The notes under the pieces were generated by a model that saw only the letters and a program-made list of their open reading frames with translations, made no database searches and was not told the origin of the DNA. From positions 15,011 to 79,010 of the forward strand of contig JAYFOM010000018.1 in the NCBI GenBank assembly GCA_034932685.1: a stretch of DNA of 64,000 nucleotides, in the 5' to 3' direction. This document shows positions 56,718 through 64,000 of the stretch, piece by piece (the stretch's first letter is position 1; every line of letters begins with the position of its first letter). Source of the DNA: Erysipelotrichaceae bacterium (GTDB lineage: Bacteria > Bacillota_I > Bacilli_A > Erysipelotrichales > Erysipelotrichaceae). A program made the position numbers and the translations under genes.

Positions 56718-57956
56718 ATGACAACTTTTCGTGACCTATACAAAAAAGTATTAAGTGCTTACGCTGATGATGAGAATACGATCATAAAAAATCTTGAAGA
56801 TTATGATTATGATCATTTGGATTGCCTTCTTTATCCTGAGAAACACCCTTTGATTTGGCAAATTGACAAATGTGATTGTGACCACCATGATAAAGCAAAT
56901 TGTATTGGTAGTTGTATGTTTAAAGCCTTAAGCCATGATGGTGATAAAATAAAGATTGATAATCAGTTATGTGTTGGCTGTGAAGCTTGTTTAGAAGCTT
57001 GCCAATCTAAAAAACTAGTAAGCAGTAAAGATATAATCCCTGCTTTAAAAGCCATAATCGGTAATGAGAAGCTATCATACGCCTTGATCGCACCAGCCTT
57101 CTTAGGCCAATTTAGTGATGAAGTAACCCCTGGTAAACTACGTAACGCTTTAAAGGCTATTGGATTTGATGGTGTCATTGAGGTTTCATTATTCGCAGAT
57201 ATCCTTACCTTAAAAGAAGCTTTAGAGTTTAATAAGAACATTGTCACTGAGAAAGATTATCAATTGACCAGTTGTTGCTGTCCGATATGGATTGCGATGA
57301 TTAGACGCATATATAAAGAACTAATACCCCATGTACCACCATCAGTATCACCTATGATAGCTAGTGGTAGAGCTGTTAAGCAATTACATCCTGATTGTTT
57401 GACCGTCTTTATTGGTCCATGTATCGCTAAAAAAGCAGAAGCTAAAGAAGCAGATGTCAAAGGTGCTATTGATTATGTCTTGACCTTTCAAGAGGTCAAA
57501 GATATCTTTGAAGCCATGAATATTGACCCAGCAAACATGATAGAAAGTGAAAAAGATCACTCATCAAAAGCAGGTCGCATTTATGCTTATACTGGTGGTG
57601 TTAGTGAAGCTGTTGCTGCTACTTTAAATCGACTAAATCCAGACCACCCCATTAAGATAAAAACCCAACAAGCAGATGGCGTTATCGCATGCAAAGCCTT
57701 AATTGAAAAATTAGGTAAAGGCGAAATAAACGCCAACTTCTATGAAGGCATGGGCTGTGTTGGTGGTTGTGTTGGTGGTCCCAAAGCCATCATTGATAAG
57801 GAAAGCGGTAAAGCAAATGTTGAAACATACGGCCAACAAGCCCAATACGCAACCCCCATTGATAATCCATATGTCATAGAAATGCTATATCAACTTGGTT
57901 TTGACACTGTTGAAAGCTTACTTGAAGACAGCGAAATCTTAACAAGACATTTTTAA
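56718..57956 (+). CDS. [FeFe]-hydrogenase-like protein (H-cluster domain plus atypical N-terminal Cys-rich region)
   Basis: All three H-cluster motifs are present in variant form: LTSCCCPIW, GPCIAKKAEA, EGMGCVGGCVGGP. The N-terminus has CDCDHHDKANCIGSC and CVGCEACLEAC. 412 aa. Confidence 0.7.
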   Translation: MTTFRDLYKKVLSAYADDENTIIKNLEDYDYDHLDCLLYPEKHPLIWQIDKCDCDHHDKANCIGSCMFKALSHDGDKIKIDNQLCVGCEACLEACQSKKLVSSKDIIPALKAIIGNEKLSYALIAPAFLGQFSDEVTPGKLRNALKAIGFDGVIEVSLFADILTLKEALEFNKNIVTEKDYQLTSCCCPIWIAMIRRIYKELIPHVPPSVSPMIASGRAVKQLHPDCLTVFIGPCIAKKAEAKEADVKGAIDYVLTFQEVKDIFEAMNIDPANMIESEKDHSSKAGRIYAYTGGVSEAVAATLNRLNPDHPIKIKTQQADGVIACKALIEKLGKGEINANFYEGMGCVGGCVGGPKAIIDKESGKANVETYGQQAQYATPIDNPYVIEMLYQLGFDTVESLLEDSEILTRHF

Positions 57957-57974
57957 AGGATGGTACACCATCCT

Positions 57975-58475
57975 TTACTTTTTATTTTTCTTGATTTCAT
58001 CATAGTATAACTGAAAGACAAACAAGCTTATCTCAGGATAAATATCATCAAGCATTTGAATCAACCACAATAAGTCATCTTGTGATTTATCATTTAAAAA
58101 ACTCATAAGATCAAACTCTTCATCAAGCAAAGCTTGTTGAAAATCATCTAATACTTCATCAATCAATAATTCTTGTTTACTATCTTGAAGTTTTATCTGA
58201 TCAATATTATAGTTAGGATCCTTAAGTTTGATGATCTTTAAAAAACATGCGACTTCATGTTCACAATACCCTTTGGTATCATGACCACAATCGCAATAAG
58301 CATAAAGTATCTTGCTTTTATCCAAGATGATCTTTACTTCATGTGTGTTAACATCATGAAAATGATAAAGATCATTTTTATTATCCATGCTAAAAGTTGT
58401 GTTTTTCTCAAACAGTGAAAAACCAGCTTTTAGATCATCGACAAGGGTATTTTGATTAAATTCTTTTAAACGCAT
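57975..58475 (-). CDS. hypothetical protein with SWIM-like zinc finger and acidic tail
   Basis: CDCGHDTKGYCEHEVAC fits CxCxnCxH. The C-terminal half is D/E/L-rich. Starts 1 nt after the patatin stop. Confidence 0.45.
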   Translation of the reverse strand: MRLKEFNQNTLVDDLKAGFSLFEKNTTFSMDNKNDLYHFHDVNTHEVKIILDKSKILYAYCDCGHDTKGYCEHEVACFLKIIKLKDPNYNIDQIKLQDSKQELLIDEVLDDFQQALLDEEFDLMSFLNDKSQDDLLWLIQMLDDIYPEISLFVFQLYYDEIKKNKK

Positions 58476-58476
58476 C

Positions 58477-59331
58477 TTATCTCACTTTCAAGAAAGCAAT
58501 TATCTCTTGCTTTCTACTTTCCATGTCTTGATAACCAAGTTCAAATAACGCTGTTAGTTGTTCTTTATTACCACCAAATCGCGTTACTCCAATATCTTTT
58601 GTCGGATTAACATAGATCGCTTCTTGTTTTTTTACTAAGGATTTAACTAAAGCTATCTCATCATAATATGCTTGATCACGTTTAGCGATATCTTTTGATA
58701 GTTTAGGATATTTACGATATACAACTTTAAACAACCACAATACAAACTTACTATAAGGTTTACGTACATAATTGTCTGGTTTTGTAGTAATGACTAAATG
58801 TCTTTGATTATCATTAGCTAAGCTTTGTTTGATCGGTATCATCGTAGTAATGCCACCATCAAGATAATCAATGCCATTGATATTAACTTTACGACCAAAC
58901 ATAGGCAAGGTACAAGCGGCTTTAATAAAGAGATTGTCATGATCAAACTCACGATTTGTTATCCAAACGGTTTCACACCTATTTAGATCGTAAACACCAA
59001 TCTCAGCCTTTGTCGTGCTTTGATTCAACCCTATAACATCAATTTTATACTCATCCTGATTAATTTTTCTAAACACATCATCATAACCAACCAATGTCCT
59101 ATACTTTAATAATGGTTTGATGCCAACATTATCCTTATCGCTTGCTAGATTGATCGCATACTCTTTCAATAAACGCTTATTAGCAGTAAGAAAAGCACCA
59201 AGATACAATGCACCAATCGAAATGCCAACACCATAATCAAACTTAACTTCATTATCAATCAGCCAAGTCAAAGCCCCAGCTGTATAAGCACCACGTAATC
59301 CGCCACCTTCAATCACTAATCCTTTTTTCAT
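58477..59331 (-). CDS. patatin-like phospholipase
   Basis: GGGLRG oxyanion motif, GISIGA (GxSxG), LDGGITT (catalytic Asp). Confidence 0.8.
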   Translation of the reverse strand: MKKGLVIEGGGLRGAYTAGALTWLIDNEVKFDYGVGISIGALYLGAFLTANKRLLKEYAINLASDKDNVGIKPLLKYRTLVGYDDVFRKINQDEYKIDVIGLNQSTTKAEIGVYDLNRCETVWITNREFDHDNLFIKAACTLPMFGRKVNINGIDYLDGGITTMIPIKQSLANDNQRHLVITTKPDNYVRKPYSKFVLWLFKVVYRKYPKLSKDIAKRDQAYYDEIALVKSLVKKQEAIYVNPTKDIGVTRFGGNKEQLTALFELGYQDMESRKQEIIAFLKVR

Positions 59332-59380
59332 TCAGAACTCTCCTTAAACAATTATATATCATAGCTATGATCAACTGAAA

Positions 59381-60916
59381 TTACAATATTGGACTTAATA
59401 AATTAAGTAGTGATTGCATTAATCTTTTGATCAAACTAGTGTTTAAACACTGTTGGTAAGTTATCTCTTGACATAACTTTATCGTACTTAGATAATCATC
59501 ACGCATCTGTAATACGGAGTCTGTCTTATAAAGCAGCACCCCGCACTCATGATGTAGATAATAACTTCGATAATCCATATTAGTAGTACCAATGATAGCT
59601 ACTTCATCATCCGCCACCATAAGTTTCGAATGAACAAAGCCTCTGGTATATTCATAAATCTTTACGCCATTTTTGATCAATTGCTTGTAGTTACTCTGGG
59701 TTACCATATGAACATACCACTTATCTGGAATATGAGGGGTTATGAGTCTAACATCAACACCGTTTTTCGCAGCTAAACTTAAGGCATTGATCATCGAATA
59801 ATCAATGATCAAGTATGGGGTATAGATATATATATAAGTACGAGCTTGATTGATCATATTCATATGACTTGAATAACCAGTGGGTTCTTCATCAGTAGGA
59901 CTATCTGAGAAAGGTTGAATATAACCTTCTCCTTTGATATTTTTGATATCATCTTCATCAAAACGATAATCAAGGTAATTATCGTTGATCGCACTTTCAT
60001 AGTTAAAGAATTGTAAGAACATGATCGTTAAACTAAATACCGCATCCCCTTTGATCATGATTGCACTATCCTTCCAATGCCCAAAGCGAACTGTTTTATT
60101 GATATACTCATCAGCTAGATTAAAGCCACCCACAAAGCCGACATAACCATCAATGACACAGATCTTACGATGATCACGATTATTCATTTGAATCGCTAAT
60201 AATGGTCTTAATTTATTAAATGCATGAGCCTCAATACCATATTCAGCCATATGTTGCACAAAACGATCAGGCAAGGTATTTAAACAGCCAATATCATCAT
60301 AAAGAATTCTTACTTTGACACCTTCCTTTACCTTAGCTATCAATATTTCAAGCACCTTATCGAGCATATATCCTGGTGTGATAATGAAATATTCAAGGAA
60401 GATAAATCTTTTCGCTTTACGCAGTTCAATAAGCATCTGTTCAAAGCTAGCTTCACCAGTTGGAAAATAACTTGTTTCATTATGCTTATAAACCGGATAA
60501 TATGCATTATTCCAAATATAGTTAACCCCTTTATATACTGTCTTGCTTTGTTGATATATCTCTTCGATCACTCTTGCATCCTGTTGAAATAATGGTATTG
60601 TCTCTGAAGTTACTTTAATAGCGCTTGATTGTAAGCTTTTAGGTACTTTTTTATTACCAAAGATCAAATACATGACCCCACCAATCAATGGAATACCTAA
60701 AATGATTATGATCCATGCAATCTTGAAAGCTGGATTCTGATTTAGATTAATCACATATACCGCAATGATAAAACTAAGCGCTGTAAAAAAAATGTACAGT
60801 TCTAAAAAGCTTTCACTTAAGCGCAACACCATAAAAACAACTAACCCTAGTTGTAATAATATGGGAACAGCTACCCTAAATGTTCTGCTAAATAGCAATC
60901 TGATCAAACGCTTCAT
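59381..60916 (-). CDS. cls: cardiolipin synthase
   Basis: Two N-terminal TM segments. Two HKD motifs (HRKICVIDG, HSKLMVADD). Confidence 0.9.
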   Translation of the reverse strand: MKRLIRLLFSRTFRVAVPILLQLGLVVFMVLRLSESFLELYIFFTALSFIIAVYVINLNQNPAFKIAWIIIILGIPLIGGVMYLIFGNKKVPKSLQSSAIKVTSETIPLFQQDARVIEEIYQQSKTVYKGVNYIWNNAYYPVYKHNETSYFPTGEASFEQMLIELRKAKRFIFLEYFIITPGYMLDKVLEILIAKVKEGVKVRILYDDIGCLNTLPDRFVQHMAEYGIEAHAFNKLRPLLAIQMNNRDHRKICVIDGYVGFVGGFNLADEYINKTVRFGHWKDSAIMIKGDAVFSLTIMFLQFFNYESAINDNYLDYRFDEDDIKNIKGEGYIQPFSDSPTDEEPTGYSSHMNMINQARTYIYIYTPYLIIDYSMINALSLAAKNGVDVRLITPHIPDKWYVHMVTQSNYKQLIKNGVKIYEYTRGFVHSKLMVADDEVAIIGTTNMDYRSYYLHHECGVLLYKTDSVLQMRDDYLSTIKLCQEITYQQCLNTSLIKRLMQSLLNLLSPIL

Positions 60917-60928
60917 TAATTCTACCTT

Positions 60929-61708
60929 TTATAATCGATCGATAATATTAATATCGATACCATCTAATATTTCCATAACTTTTGTGATTCGCCAATCTTC
61001 ATTCAATGTCGCAGGGTTATGAGCATCATAACCCAAGATAGCTTTACAGCCATACTGGCTAGCTATTCGCCAAAATAGTGGATATGGATATGGATATTGA
61101 TAGCTTCCATCAAGTAATTTCTTACCATAACGCAACCCATTAAGATTGATCTCAAGCGGGATATCGGCAGCTTTTGCCTTTTGACAAATCAAATGCGCTG
61201 CCTTAGTACAAGCTTCACTCCAATACGAGCGTCCAAGCATAAAGTAATCAGGATGCGCAATAATATCAACCACTTTCTCATCGATTGCCATCGTTATATG
61301 TTGGGTGTAGTACTTGAGATCTTCATCATTATTATAGTTACCATAATCATGAAACAAGAAAAAGCGATAATGTTGACCCAATATCAAGATGTCTGTATTT
61401 TGTCTTAACCATTGATAATGTTCTTTTAATTCTGGGTAGTATTCTATCTCAAAACCACTTAGGATTTTGATCTTATCACTATATTTTTCTTTTAACATGT
61501 TGATACTGTCTAAATATGTTTGAACTTGGTTTAAATGCATTCGATCTTGGTGTTGTTCAGGATATTTGATCGATGAATAAAAGACATGATCAGTGAAAGC
61601 CAACTCATCAAATCCAGCTTCAATTGCACTAAGTACATACATTTCATCTTCTACATTTAACGCATGCATACAGCGATATGTGTGGGTGTGGTAGTTTGTT
61701 TTCATCAT
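60929..61708 (-). CDS. PHP-family histidinol-phosphatase-like hydrolase (HisJ family)
   Basis: YHTHTYRCMHA N-terminal metal motif, FTDH, IAHPD, GYDAH. Start set at the ATG at 61708. Confidence 0.75.
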   Translation of the reverse strand: MMKTNYHTHTYRCMHALNVEDEMYVLSAIEAGFDELAFTDHVFYSSIKYPEQHQDRMHLNQVQTYLDSINMLKEKYSDKIKILSGFEIEYYPELKEHYQWLRQNTDILILGQHYRFFLFHDYGNYNNDEDLKYYTQHITMAIDEKVVDIIAHPDYFMLGRSYWSEACTKAAHLICQKAKAADIPLEINLNGLRYGKKLLDGSYQYPYPYPLFWRIASQYGCKAILGYDAHNPATLNEDWRITKVMEILDGIDINIIDRL

Positions 61709-61800
61709 CAAGTTCCTTTTTGATATTATAGCATAATACCCTATATTATTTGACACTAATAAAGCCTCGAAGTAGAATGGAAATAAGGAGAAATAATGAA

Positions 61801-62778
61801 ATGAAATTTGCGATAATTGGCACTAATTTTGTATCTGACACTATCATGGATGCCGCCAAAGAGATTGAAGATTTTGAACTCGCTGTTGTTTGTAGCAGAA
61901 CCAAAGAAAACGCTGAGGCTTTTGCGAACAAATACGGCTGTACTACAGTCGTCACTAACTATGAGGACATAACCAAAGACATGGTAGATGCGGTATACAT
62001 TGCAACACCTAATTCTATGCACTGCAAACAAAGCATTCACTTTCTAAACAAAAAGATTCACGTATTATGTGAAAAACCAATGGCAAGCAACATTGATGAA
62101 GTGAAGGCAATGTTTGAAGCAGCCGATCAAAATAACGTATTCTTATTAGAAGCTATTGTTCCACTTTTTACCCCTAATTTCTTTGCTTTAAAGAAAGCTG
62201 CTGGCATGGTTGGTCAAGTTAGAAGAGCTGTATTCAGCTTTGGTAAATATTCCAGTCGCTATGACGCTTATCGCGCTGGCAATGTAATGAACGCTTTTAA
62301 AAACGAGCTTAGCAATGGTTCGTTAATGGACTTAGGTGTCTATAGCTTATCAAACTGTATCGCTATTTTTGGCAAACCACTAAAGATAGCCGCTAGTGCT
62401 TACATGCTAGAAAGTGGTGTTGATGGCCTTGGCACCATGTTATTCACATACGCCGATAAAGAAGTCATCATCATGCATTCAAAGATCACTGATTCTCACT
62501 TTGAAAGTGAAATCCAAGGCGAAGATGGTACTGTGATCGTTAAAGGTATTAGCTCGCCACAGGCTGTAAAAGTCGTAAGTCGCAAGAATGAAGTCATTGA
62601 ATTAACCGCTGAACAAAAAAAGACTACCAAGTATTATGAATTAGTCGAATTTATCAAATGTGTTAAAAGCGGTGTTTATCGATCCGAGTTAGTACCAAGA
62701 CAATTAACGCTTGATGTTCATAGTGTAATGACTGAAGTACGCAAACAGATTAACTTAATCTATCCCGCCGATAAATAA
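61801..62778 (+). CDS. Gfo/Idh/MocA-family oxidoreductase
   Basis: MKFAIIGTNFVS Rossmann N-terminus, VLCEKPM. ATG at 61801 after aaggag. Confidence 0.8.
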   Translation: MKFAIIGTNFVSDTIMDAAKEIEDFELAVVCSRTKENAEAFANKYGCTTVVTNYEDITKDMVDAVYIATPNSMHCKQSIHFLNKKIHVLCEKPMASNIDEVKAMFEAADQNNVFLLEAIVPLFTPNFFALKKAAGMVGQVRRAVFSFGKYSSRYDAYRAGNVMNAFKNELSNGSLMDLGVYSLSNCIAIFGKPLKIAASAYMLESGVDGLGTMLFTYADKEVIIMHSKITDSHFESEIQGEDGTVIVKGISSPQAVKVVSRKNEVIELTAEQKKTTKYYELVEFIKCVKSGVYRSELVPRQLTLDVHSVMTEVRKQINLIYPADK

Positions 62779-62806
62779 AAAGAGCACCCGCAAGGGTGCT
62801 TTTATT
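62779..62806. terminator. rho-independent terminator between convergent genes
   Basis: agcaccc / gcaa / gggtgct flanked by an A-run and a T-run. Confidence 0.75.
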
Positions 62807-62825
62807 CAAGTGATATTGAATGCTA

Positions 62826-63275
62826 TCAGAGGTTTATCTTAAAGATACATTTCTTTACTTCGTTACGTTGATATAAATCGTGTTCACGAGGAACATCAAC
62901 GGTATCTATATAGTTAACTGGCAGTGCTGTGATCGTTTTGTATGAGGCGATGTTTTCAGGACTACAGGTGATTATCAGTTCTTTAACTCCCTCATCTTTC
63001 GCTAACGCTAAAAGTAAACGACACGCCTTAGTCGCATATCGATGACCACGATAAGGGAAATAGATAGAGTATCCAATATTGCCTAGGTAATAAAGATACC
63101 AGCCACTACCAAAGCGGATATCACATTGACCAATGATATCATTGGTTTGACTTAATACAATATCAAAAAGATACGTTTTATCAATACCGTATTTACGTTC
63201 TTGACCAAATCTTTTATATAATACTAGTTTGATCTGATCATCGTTATACTGTTTCATTGGTTTTTGATCAAACAT
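62826..63275 (-). CDS. GNAT-family N-acetyltransferase
   Basis: YRGHRYATKACRLLLALA acetyl-CoA-binding-type motif. 149 aa. Confidence 0.75.
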   Translation of the reverse strand: MFDQKPMKQYNDDQIKLVLYKRFGQERKYGIDKTYLFDIVLSQTNDIIGQCDIRFGSGWYLYYLGNIGYSIYFPYRGHRYATKACRLLLALAKDEGVKELIITCSPENIASYKTITALPVNYIDTVDVPREHDLYQRNEVKKCIFKINL

Positions 63276-63315
63276 TATCTCACCAAATTTATTATAACAC
63301 TACCCTTATCTAAAA

Positions 63316-63576
63316 CTAAGAACTTAATACCTTATCTAACACATTTCTAACATCATTAAGATCTACCGCTCCTTCAGCTAACTTAACTTCATTAAAGAAA
63401 AAGGATGGTACATAATAATAATCGTAACTATTAGCTAAGTCTTTTTCAATCGCTTCATCGATAAATTTTATCTTGATATCTTTGTATTTTTCTTCTTGTT
63501 GTAACTCTTCTAAATAAACTAATGCCTTACGACAATATGGACAGTTCTTCAAAATAAATACTTGTAATTCGCTCAT
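63316..63576 (-). CDS. glutaredoxin/NrdH-like small thioredoxin-fold protein
   Basis: 86 aa with NCPYC redox motif near the N-terminus. Confidence 0.7.
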   Translation of the reverse strand: MSELQVFILKNCPYCRKALVYLEELQQEEKYKDIKIKFIDEAIEKDLANSYDYYYVPSFFFNEVKLAEGAVDLNDVRNVLDKVLSS

Positions 63577-63717
63577 GTTATTCTCCTTTATTTTATTATA
63601 ACAATACCATCATTTTATTACACATAATTTACTCTATGATATTATCTTCTATCATCTTTAAAGCACATTAATTTGAACCATTTATGATATGATAGTGTTA
63701 TAGAACGGAGTGCATAA

Positions 63718-64000
63718 ATGCTTAAACATGCCTATCTTATCACAAGTGATAATATTAATCCTTACTATAATCTAGCTTTAGAAGAAAGTCTTTTTTTACA
63801 ACATCAACCAACAACGATCATGTTTTACTTATGGCAAAATCATCATACGGTGGTTATTGGTAAAAACCAAAACGCTTATAAAGAATGCAATCTTCAACAA
63901 ATGGAATCTGATCATTGTTATCTTGCTAGAAGAAGTACAGGTGGTGGTGCTGTTTATCATGATCTTGGTAATCTGAATTTTACCTTTATCGTTGATGCTG
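63718..64000 (+). CDS. lplA: lipoate-protein ligase (5' part, runs off the window)
   Basis: NPYYNLALEESLF, LWQNHHTVVIGKNQN, RRSTGGGAVYHDLGNLNF. Confidence 0.85.
   Translation, partial: MLKHAYLITSDNINPYYNLALEESLFLQHQPTTIMFYLWQNHHTVVIGKNQNAYKECNLQQMESDHCYLARRSTGGGAVYHDLGNLNFTFIVDA

Noticed and set aside
58477-59331. Patatin gene as the effector of a CBASS-like or other anti-phage system
   Set aside because: No nucleotidyltransferase/cyclase, SAVED/STING, E1/E2 or other sensor genes are adjacent. The context (cls, PHP phosphatase) fits lipid metabolism. It is kept only as a lower-interest two-gene observation.

Overview
AT-rich (about one-third G+C by eye) chromosomal segment of a low-GC Gram-positive bacterium. 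An Erysipelotrichia- or Clostridia-like Bacillota is my guess from protein families and SD/terminator style, with no search run. I count about 66 credible protein genes, roughly 85% on the minus strand, many joined by ATGA/GTGA overlaps. I saw no rRNA, tRNA, CRISPR array, IS/transposase, integrase or prophage block.

Most of 17-64 kb is housekeeping:
- Central metabolism and Fe-S: pgi, an S1-domain protein, a NifU-like protein, metK behind a SAM-I riboswitch.
- RNA and translation: a typA-tgt-queA-queH string; a U32-U32-SPOUT RNA-modification-type operon that also carries an uncharacterised P-loop protein and a PdaC-like deacetylase.
- Metal and redox: a copA-copZ-csoR operon with a palindromic operator, rubrerythrin, mntP, an [FeFe]-hydrogenase-like protein.
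- Other: a TldD/PmbA pair, Sir2/cobB, pepT, xth, cls, patatin, partial lplA.

The clearly accessory part is 2-17 kb. It is a ~13-kb minus-strand operon under a divergent DeoR regulator. It combines a mannose-family PTS (IIA detached from IIBCD), a PfkB kinase, a class II ketose-bisphosphate aldolase, an aldo/keto reductase and an MFS transporter. It also holds four leaderless (apparently cytoplasmic) esterases and two decayed gene copies, one carboxylesterase and one MFS. I consider this the best candidate for an undescribed system: PTS-linked catabolism of an esterified sugar.

All functional calls come from motif and family recognition by eye. Identities and coordinates of small elements are hand-derived and may be off by a few nt.
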